Below, in pieces: positions 53,514 to 64,000 of a stretch of 64,000 bases of DNA; the first letter of the stretch is position 1, and the number at the start of each line of letters is the position of its first letter. The notes under the pieces were generated by a model that saw only the letters and a list, made by a program, of their open reading frames with translations, was not told where the DNA came from and ran no database searches. Source of the stretch: Eledone cirrhosa (lineage: Eukaryota); NCBI GenBank assembly GCA_964016885.1, contig OZ024747.1, positions 57,660,001 through 57,724,000 on the forward strand. The letters are read 5' to 3'. The translations under genes were made by a program, and so were the position numbers.

Positions 53514-53752
53514 ATTTCATATTTTCAGCAACGAAAAGTACTTGTAATAAACAGCTTTTTATACCAAACACAATCCAGACTGCCACAGAAATGGCTCATA
53601 CAGTTTATTTATATATTTACTTACTTATTTATTTATCTATTAACGACTGAGATATATCTTCGCAGCTGCTACGCGTTTTTCTTCACGATTATACCACCTT
53701 GAAGTAATATGATTCTACCGGAAAGTAAGGTATATCTAGCACACCCACTCAC

Positions 53753-53966
53753 TCCAATTCAGAATCATTATCTGAGAAGAGTTGGCTTCCACCAGGTGCG
53801 AGACCCGCGAGGTGGCGTGGCTGTTCCAGCGCACCGCCTTCGCAGTCCTCTCGGACAATTCATTCTCCATCCTGTCGGTCGGGACCCAGAGGCGCAGGGC
53901 AAGTTGGTTGGATATTGAGGATACTCGTTCAGAGACCCCATCAGAATGTACAATCATATATGTAGT
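53753..53966 (-). CDS. probable internal coding exon of an unidentified host gene (214 bp, phase 0 to 1)
   Basis: Minus: CCCTTTTTCTTTAG acceptor, only one open frame TTYMIVHSDG...VEANSSQIMILNW, GTGAGT donor; GC-rich island in AT-rich DNA. Confidence 0.65.
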
Positions 53967-54051
53967 CTAAAGAAAAAGGGAGTCATCAATACCTGAATAT
54001 TCTGGTACTGCAAACGGAGTAATTTGATGATTACTTGCTCCACTGAGAAAT

Positions 54052-54238
54052 ATAATTGTTTCTACTTTTGGCACAAGGCCAGCAATTACCCAGTACATTA
54101 CTGGTACTTTATTTTATCGACCTCGCAAGGATGAAAGGCAAAGTTAACCTCGCCGGGATTTGAACTCAGATCGTAAAGGGAGGTAACTGTGCTGGAAAGC
54201 ATGTCCGACCCTCTACCAATACTGCCAATTCACCGCCC
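54052..54238 (-). mobile_element. SINE main family, full length
   Basis: Matches 10572-10760. Confidence 0.9.
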
Positions 54239-54474
54239 TTTTATTCTTGTTACATAAATACCACACAAGCCAATGAAGGAGCAAATGAGGATACTAATGA
54301 GAAAGCGAACAGAGAATATGTACGTGTTTAGTTGATCTGCTAGAAATAACACCCTAATCCCCCCGGATACCACTGTAAGTACTTTAATAAACAGCATGTA
54401 GTTCGGAGTTAGCTATAATTGTTTCTGCTTTAGACACAAGGCCAACAATTCTGGTGGAGAATCCACTGAGAAAT

Positions 54475-54658
54475 ATAATTGTTTCTACTTTTGGCACAAG
54501 GCCAGTAATTACCCAGTGCATTACTGGTACTTTATTTTATCGACCCCGTAAGGATGAAAGGCAAAGTTAACCTCGGCGGGATTTGAACTCAGAATGGCAA
54601 GGGCCGTAACTATGCGTCAAAGCATGGCGTCCGACTCTCTACCGATACTGCCAATCCA
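54475..54658 (-). mobile_element. SINE main family with TSD TCCACTGAGAAATATAAT
   Basis: Repeat at ~54462-54479 and ~54655-54672. Confidence 0.9.
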
Positions 54659-54754
54659 CTGAGAAATATAATGCGTATTGGATGCTATTGATGAAGTATA
54701 TCAAGTACAAATGGGGCTAGTGAAGTGGAAGCAGGAATATAACTATATTATAAC

Positions 54755-54944
54755 CGGATTTGCAGTATCGGCATTGCCTTGGACAATATGCTTTTCGGCA
54801 TAGAGTGTTCTGAATTCAAATCCTACTGAGGTTAGCTTTACCTTTCATCATTACGCGGTCGATAAAATAAAGTACTGGGGTCGATTTAATCGACTTTCCC
54901 TTCCACCAGAATTAATGGCCTTGTGTCTAAAGCAGAAACAATTA
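54755..54944 (+). mobile_element. SINE main family, diverged longer subfamily
   Basis: Core match on plus strand. Confidence 0.8.
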
Positions 54945-55789
54945 TAACTAACTCCGAACTACATGTTGTTTATTAAAGTACTTACAGTGGTATCCGGGGG
55001 ATTAGGATGTTATTTCTAGCAGATCAATTAAACACGTACATATTCTCTGTTCGCTTTCTCATTAGTACCCTCATTTGCTCTTTCATTGGCTTGTGTGGTA
55101 TTTATGTAACAAGAAAAAAAGTAATTCGAATTAATTTTATAAGATGATTTATATATTCGAGATAATATCAACTTCATAAAGTAAAGTACAAACGAATAAA
55201 AACACAGAAGAGATAAAAAGAACAACAACTACACAAATAACTTTTAAAACAAAATAACGACAAAATGATGCAAAAAATAGAAAAATCTAGACAAGACCAA
55301 CAACAACAGCCAGAATAATTACAGAACGACTTCCGTATCAAACGTTTATATAAGAGCGCTAAAAGTTAAATAAAACGATAAGGATAGAGTGAAGAACTAT
55401 AAGAGACATTAATTAAAAGTGGAAAGAAAAACAATTAAAATTTAGTTTAAGAAAAGAGAAACAACGAAGTAAATTAAAATGGTGTTTCATAGCAAAATGT
55501 AACAGAAAAATAAACATTACATAATGACCATTATGAAGGAAAGTAAAACTAGACGTAGAAGAAATTGTTAGTGACGCTTGATAAGAGATTTTATCTAATT
55601 CAAGCAAAAAAAGTTTACAATATCAAAATTGTGACATTAAACGAGATTCTTAATGAGTTAAAAGATATATCAATCTAAACTCTTTCACTATCTCTCACTC
55701 TCTTTATTAAACAGAGTCACACTTTCACACATAGACACACACATATACATATATACATTCATACATACACACATATATACACAAACACA

Positions 55790-55839
<50 letters not shown>

Positions 55840-55898
55840 TATATATATATATATATAGATATATATATATATATATAAATATATATATACACACACAT

Positions 55899-55957
<59 letters not shown>

Positions 55958-56091
55958 AATATATATATACATACACACATATATATGTAGCTATCATTTA
56001 CTCCCTCTCTTCTTTATCTTACGCTATCTAACCATATGTGTGTGTGTGTGTTTGGGCGTGATATGTGTATATGTATGTATGTATTTGTATA

Positions 56092-56122
<31 letters not shown>

Positions 56123-56647
56123 GTGTGTGTATATATATATATATGTGTGTTCGTGTGTGTATATATATATATGTGCGTGCGTGTGTGTGTATATACAAAT
56201 ACAGACATAATGAAGATGTAAACATAATCCGCGTCTTACTAACAAATTTGAGACAGTTTTATTGGATATCACTTCGTATTTCACGGCTTCTTGAGTATCA
56301 GGATATAAACCATCTTGTACAGGTCAACACAAATTGAAAGAGGTACTCAGTAGAATGGTGGTTGATGTTGGCGTAGAGCGTGGTTTGTGGTTGTGGTGTG
56401 AGGGTTAGGGTGGTGGTGGTGGTGGCTGCATCGTCGTTGCTTCTGGAATAGGAGGGGTAGGAGGAGGAAGAAAAGAAGAAAAAGCTAGAAATGGAGAAAG
56501 TTAATCTGATAGCAGTAAAGAGCATGTATAAACGAATGATGGTGGCATATATTTCGTAACAAGTGAGAATAAAGACAGGCCTGAAAATGCCTACAAGAGA
56601 GGAAATGAGAGATAGATAGATAGATAAATAGGGATATATATAGAGAT

Positions 56648-56744
<97 letters not shown>

Positions 56745-56913
56745 AACAAATTCAGAAACGAAATATATATATAATTACATATATGTATGCATACGTACAT
56801 ACATATATGTATACAGATTTAACTCACTCAATATGCAAATCAGGCTGCTCAGCCGTTAATTTTCATAAGGAAAGTATATACTTTCGAACGTTCAACTATC
56901 TGGCAGATGGGTA

Positions 56914-56958
56914 AACGGTGCTGATGATAGCTAACAAGCTTGAAACTAGTACATCGTT
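56914..56958 (+). ncRNA. type I hammerhead ribozyme (dimer unit 1)
   Basis: AACGGTG-CTGATGA-TAGC-TAACAA-GCTT-GAAA-CTAG-TA-CATCGTT; 7-bp stem I, palindrome ACTAGT, GUA site after 56951. Confidence 0.9.
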
Positions 56959-57127
56959 CCTGTGTCAGTGTTGAACAAAAAGGTGACGTGGTTGCCTTAA
57001 CACCGTATGGCATAAATTCAGGCTGTTCGGTTTAGTTGACAAACAAACGAACAAAGCAGGCGTTATAATAAACGTCGGCTAAACTGATGCGTGCATATAT
57101 GTATGTGTACCTGTATGCATATGTGTA

Positions 57128-57171
<44 letters not shown>

Positions 57172-57405
57172 TGCTACTGTACGTCTGTATACATATATGT
57201 ATGTACGTATGCATACATACTTACATTTAAGTAAGTGCCATACTAAGAGTGAGAAATGAAATTTCGTTTTCATTTTTTTCAACTTATCGTTTTCGGTATG
57301 CCTGACCGATTTAACTCACTCAATATGCAAATTAGGCTGCTCAGCCGTTAATTTTCATAAGGAAAGTATATACTTTCGAACGTTCAACTATCTGGCAGAT
57401 GGGTA

Positions 57406-57450
57406 AACGGTGCTGATGATAGCTAACAAGCTTGAAACTAGTACATCGTT
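57406..57450 (+). ncRNA. type I hammerhead ribozyme (dimer unit 2)
   Basis: Identical to 56914-56958; site after 57443. Confidence 0.9.
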
Positions 57451-57636
57451 CCTGTGTCAGTGTTGAACAAAAAGGTGACGTGGTTGCCTTAACACCGTAT
57501 GGCATAAATTCAGGCTGTTCGGTTTGTTGACAAACAAACGAACAAAGCAGGCGTTATAATAAACGTCGGCTAAACTGATGCGTGCATATATGTATGTGTA
57601 CCTGTATGCATATATGTATATATGTGTATATATATA

Positions 57637-57724
<88 letters not shown>

Positions 57725-57841
57725 TGCTACTGTACGTCTGTATACATATATGTATGTACGTATGCATACATACTTACATTTAAGTAAGTGCCATACTAAG
57801 AGTGAGAAATGAAATTTCGTTTTCATTCTTTTCAACCTATA

Positions 57842-57895
<54 letters not shown>

Positions 57896-57913
57896 TATAT
57901 ATATATATATATA

Positions 57914-57953
<40 letters not shown>

Positions 57954-57993
57954 TATATATATATATATATATAATTATATATATATATATATA

Positions 57994-58107
<114 letters not shown>

Positions 58108-58333
58108 CTATGGATATAAAGTGTAACAGCGCCCCGAAGCAAGTCCTTATATAATTACTGCTATTTATTTCACTGAAACCGCTATATCATAAATGTTGAC
58201 ATTGAACAAAAGTGAAATAAATGTACCTTAAATAAACCCTACCAACTTCAGCAAGGATAAAAACAGTCAAATATTACATGGATTTCACACTCACTCACAC
58301 ACTCATAAGCACACACACACACACACACACACC

Positions 58334-58375
<42 letters not shown>

Positions 58376-58617
58376 TATATATATATATTATATTATCTTA
58401 CTGGTAATGGGATAGTAATTAATGACTATCTTTCACTATTTAAGGTTTGTATATATAATATATTACCATTAAAGGTTTTATTACATACATAACCATAAAT
58501 AGTACCCTTAATATATATATATATGTATGTATGCATGTATATAAGCACACCCGCGCACACACACACGTATACATATATATATGAGACCCATGACTTTTGT
58601 CGATGCCATAAATGCAA

Positions 58618-58804
58618 TTAATTGTTTCTACTTTAGGCACAAGGCCAGCAAATACCCAGTGCATTACTGGTACTTTATTTTATCAACCCCGTATGGATGA
58701 AAGGCAAAGTCAACCTCGGCGGGATTTGAACTCAGATCGTAAAGGGACGTAACTATGCTGGAAAGCATGGTGTCCGACCCTCTACCGATACTGCCAATCC
58801 ACCG
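58618..58804 (-). mobile_element. SINE main family with 14-bp TSD
   Basis: TAAATGCAATTAAT on both sides (~58609-58622 and 58805-58818). Confidence 0.9.
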
Positions 58805-59117
58805 TAAATGCAATTAATATATCCAGTACTTATGTCATAACACCCATTCTTCCATCGATATTCTTTTATCACAGCCATATTGTACGATAGAATACACATT
58901 TTTACATTTAAAACTATTGAAACATGTGCATCATCCATAACATGTTCTGATCCAACAGTTCACTTGTTATCACGTCTTGCAAGATATTCCTGCAAAATAT
59001 TCATACTGACGCTAAAGCTTGCTTTGGCTAACTCCCAGAGTTTCTTGAAACTATACAACTAGTCAGTTTGAATATCAATTCTTACTATATTCATCCATAT
59101 TCATTGCGGTAGATATT

Positions 59118-59152
<35 letters not shown>

Positions 59153-59190
59153 TCTCTCTATCTCTCTCTCTCTCTCCCTTTTCTATCTCC

Positions 59191-59230
<40 letters not shown>

Positions 59231-59277
59231 TCTCTCTCTCCCTTTTCTATCTCCCTCTTTTCTCTCTCTATCTCCCT

Positions 59278-59344
<67 letters not shown>

Positions 59345-59665
59345 GTCTGTCTCTCCCCTCCCCCACTCTCTCACGCACACATACCCACAACAAACGCTAC
59401 TTCATATTCACTTCTGTTATTTTCTTCTAATCCTCCATTTCTTTCGCTCCTTATCACTAAACGCACATACATATTCAGTCACTATACATACATACATACA
59501 CACGCTTATAAATATATACGTACATACATAATTACGCACATGCACATATACACAGATACACACACACATATATATATACTTATATATACACACATATATA
59601 TATATATATACATACATACATATATATACATATATAGACATACACATACATACATATATATATGT

Positions 59666-59833
<168 letters not shown>

Positions 59834-60949
59834 GTGAGTGTGTGTGTATGCGAATCATATTCTGGTTTCTGATACCAGGCCAAATCCCCCTAACTTGCTG
59901 AGTGAAGTCTTTGTTCCTTTACTTGGCTCACTTTCCATTTACAATTCTGTACATCATATGTTATTCATAGTAGATCTCCAGAAAGCATACATATGTAGAC
60001 TGTACACATCTATATATTTATATGGATATTTGGTGTCATTATAGGATTTTATCTATACAACTGCTTCTATATAACATCTCAGTGGACTGAAGTATTGGGA
60101 TCATGTGAACTGGTTTCAATATCTTATTGGGATTTCATCAATAACTTGATAACCGTATGGAATAGTTGTTAGTGTGTAGGAGGAAATGTTTCGTGTAGTG
60201 TGTGCTGACACTCTGTGCTCTAACCCCATCGTGGTCAATTTTCTATTTAATGCTTCTTAGGGTAGATTTGGGGCATTGGACTGACGGAAGCGATAATGTA
60301 GTATTCTTTCCACTGTTTGCTTTGGAAGTTTACATTTGACGGTGGGATACAGGGATGGTATACATGACACACCATCTTGTTAAATCTCTTATATTTGGTT
60401 TCCTGATTTATTATGAGCCGAAACACTATTGCAAGCATTCGAGCCAGGCGTCTAAAATATGTAAGCCACAAGCCTCGTTAAGTTGGTGCTTATCCCGGCG
60501 TCGTGTTGTGAAACGACTGAGACAATAAGACGCCAGTTCATCGCAGATTTAAACCCTCAACTATTGCTGGTACTCATGTTTCAGCTGAGTATATTCGAGC
60601 AACGTAAAAGAAAGTGTTTTGCTCTAGAACACAACACGCAATCCAGCCCAGGAATCGAATACACAGTATTATGATCGTATTATTTTTTACCAAGTGATGA
60701 AACAAATTAACAAGAATGCGTTCTCCATACTACTAGGCTGCTTTTGTTTACGAATCCAATATACTGAATATGTAGCCGTTCTCCCCGTGCATCGCTGCAG
60801 ATAGGCACATAGTAGTTGATGAAATCCCAATAAAGGATTAAAAAATAGACCAAATAATGCGTCATTTAAAGGATACGGCATTAAATCTGCACGGTGGTGT
60901 AAAAAGAAACAACGTTTCATTTGAGGCAATTACGGTTGTCTTTCAAAAA

Positions 60950-60988
<39 letters not shown>

Positions 60989-62080
60989 AGATATGCTAAT
61001 TAGAATATATATCAGTATTTTATATTTTAGGGTTATTGATCAGTGCTCATTTCTATTTTTTTTCATTCATTTCGTTCCGGGAAACCATGGTGTGTAATAA
61101 TTTATACGAACCATCTGCCTTACAATATGGTCATATGTACGCCATATCATTAGTGTTCAGTCTTATATGATTGATAACATCAGAGATCATTAGTAAATCC
61201 CTATGTTATATATTCATGAACATATATTATTTAATATTCATGAATATATATTATTTATAGCACCAATTTCCTAAATATCCTGACCTCAATTTTGCATCTT
61301 TGGATGAGTTTACCCAGCTACACCACGAACATTAACTTTCTCTAGTTCCTTATATACATAAGTCACAACAACATTTGTAAATATATGTGCTTTATGTATG
61401 GGGGTTTTCTCATTTTCTATGATTGTGTGTCATAGATGTGTGAACTGCTTTATTAGGTAAACAGATTTAGTCGGTAAAACCCATTTAAAAACAGAGTAAG
61501 TCTTCTGCATTATTAACACAGTGAACGCGACAGATTTGACCGCAAGGTCAACAAAGCTTAGAAGAGACAGCGTAAATTTTGATGCCACTTAAGCCGTGGA
61601 AAGGGATATATGAGAAAAGCTATGTCTTCTGATATATTTAAAGCCACAATAATATGACAATATTATGTATGCTTCAGTATTCGACACGCCAGATATGACT
61701 GGCTTTGTATTTGTAACAGTTGCACCATTTATTTAGATATTGTATCTCATACCGTTTGGTTATATGGGTATACAGAGCCATTGGTGAGGTTTAGAGCGTG
61801 TGGAATACAGGGACGACTTTATCCACAAAAAGAGATTATGGCCCAATATCTTACAATGTAGGGAACTCCATTAATAGGTATAGAAAGACTGGATGGTGAT
61901 GATAAACTGGGCTACAAATTAATTTCATCCCTCATCAAATTCTTTATTATTAGGAAAATGTTTAACAGTGAAATGTGACAATTAAATAACTAGCCGGTTA
62001 CTAAACCAGACAAAGAATCGATTAGTGACCTGACGAAGAATCAATCTGAAGTGAAACTCAAATGAACTTCAGAAAGTGTA

Positions 62081-62257
<177 letters not shown>

Positions 62258-63088
62258 GATAGATAGATAGATAAATAGATGGATAGATAAATAGATATAA
62301 CTCTACAAGGTAGCAATATATATATATATATATATTAAAATAACAGATTAAAGTTTAAGCAAACATGTACATATATACATACAGACTGCTATATATATAT
62401 TAATATAAATACGCATGGACATAAACACACACACGCGCACAGACACACACATACACACACACACACACACACGCACACACATACACATACACACACATAT
62501 ATGATGACAGTATCAGATACATCAATGCGTTCATAAGGCAATATTCCACTCAAATTGGCTTCCTTTATCCAGTTTGATTCTTGCCCCCCCCCCCCCCACT
62601 AAAGTGTGATTGGGCTTAACTTTAATATATATATGTAATTAAAATGACCAGCTGTCTGATATGGCACTGGTTAGGCGGAATCACCTGGCCACTGTCGTTA
62701 TTGAAATATGTATCAGAGTCTTATCAAGAGACCTTAACCTCTGAAACTACTTCTTATTTTCTTATTCTAAATATACTCCGTCATTCCTATGTGGATCAAG
62801 TACGTTGAGTGCTTTAATTGAACTACATCAATATTTACTGTAAGTATATATATGTGTGTGTGTGTGTGTGAGACGTTTCTTTGCATATTAGTTAAAGACT
62901 TGGATTCACACCGAATGATGCTTTCCATCCTTGAGTAAGGCGCTCTATTTCAGGCTTGGAGAAGGGAGTCTGTTATGTATGGAGGACAGTTGATATTCAA
63001 CAAAAACGACTTGCCCAGGATAGTGGCTGGACGGGGAAGTTCTAAATGCAAAACCAATGGTCATTCTTGACCAAAGGTGGTCTTTACG

Positions 63089-63124
<36 letters not shown>

Positions 63125-63250
63125 GCATATATATATATCTGAAAGATACGTGTCCCTCGACAGCTGAAATCTTACCCTTTCAGTATCTAGTAATGTGATC
63201 TATCAGGGTTTTACTGCATTAATTCTGATATATATATATATATATATATA

Positions 63251-63435
63251 TAGCAACAAGTAAGACCCCGACGGCTGAGCTCAAGCCGTTTCAACGGCTA
63301 ATTCTAATTAGCCGTCGAAACGGCTTGAGCTCAGCCGTCGGGGTCTTACTTGTTCCTATTACCCACTCTACTACCCTAAGTATTGAGTACTTTGGTGCGT
63401 TATGGTCCACCTGGTTCCTTACCACATTTCCTTCG

Positions 63436-63437
<2 letters not shown>
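63251..63437. mobile_element. fold-back cassette containing the 3' half of a hammerhead
   Basis: Arms 63251-63303 / 63306-63358; GAAA-CGGCT(TGAGCTC)AGCCG-TC-GGGG; ~80-bp tail; (TA)n flanks. Confidence 0.8.
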
Positions 63438-63495
<58 letters not shown>

Positions 63496-63715
63496 GGCTT
63501 CTATAAGACCAGAACTGTTTTATTGAAAAGTGTGACTATATGACATAAGACACAAATGTCTTCACAATCCACTTGAGACATGTTATCTAACCTAGAGAGT
63601 TCTAAACACTTAATCTTTACAAAGTTCATGACATCCTATAACATATGTATATATATTGAGAAAGCACAACATTCTAAGATATTTCATATCTTTTGATTCA
63701 TTATACTTGTGTGTA

Positions 63716-63789
<74 letters not shown>

Positions 63790-63874
63790 TTTACATATAT
63801 AAATCTGTATTTTTTTCATATCTGCACACTCACACACACACTCTCACTCACACACACACACACGCACACACACA

Positions 63875-63923
<49 letters not shown>

Positions 63924-63948
63924 CCCCCCCCACACACGCACATACACC

Positions 63949-64000
<52 letters not shown>

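Larger units (their letters stand above)
56816..57840 (+). mobile_element. head-to-tail dimer of a 492-bp HHR-containing unit (retrozyme-like / tandem pLTR)
   Basis: Unit starts GATTTAACTCACTC at 56816 and 57308; near-identical except internal (TA)n length; (TA)n flanks. Confidence 0.9.

Noticed and set aside
60247-60471. 74-aa minus-strand ORF following a TTTTAG
   Set aside because: Weak pyrimidine tract, no recognisable domain; cannot be distinguished from chance
62026-62080. CTGACGA...GAAA motif
   Set aside because: No stem I or convincing stem II; similar weak traces at ~18350, ~31265, ~56265, ~60110 and ~62655 not counted as ribozymes

Overview
AT-rich animal genomic DNA dominated by (TA)n/(CA)n/(GA)n/(TATG)n microsatellites; most ORF-track entries are microsatellite translations. 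The repeat content suggests an octopod cephalopod (inference). The window looks like one or more large introns. Contents: about 25 copies of one tRNA-derived SINE, fragments of RTE, R4/Dong-like (RLE) and CR1-like LINEs, a near-full-length Naiad-type Penelope-like element (PLE; RT + GIY-YIG) and a second PLE fragment. Only one convincing host exon is visible (53753-53966, minus). The main hidden signal is a dense set of type I hammerhead ribozyme (HHR) motifs: about 15 intact or near-intact plus several degenerate or half motifs, from roughly a dozen unrelated sequence families. They sit in short non-coding cassettes inserted in (TA)n arrays. Many cassettes are fold-back (inverted) dimers with a one-sided 3' tail. 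One is a head-to-tail 492-bp dimer with a ribozyme in each unit (retrozyme-like), and one family carries the compensatory U3-A8 core variant. All structures were folded by eye; no search or folding program was run.
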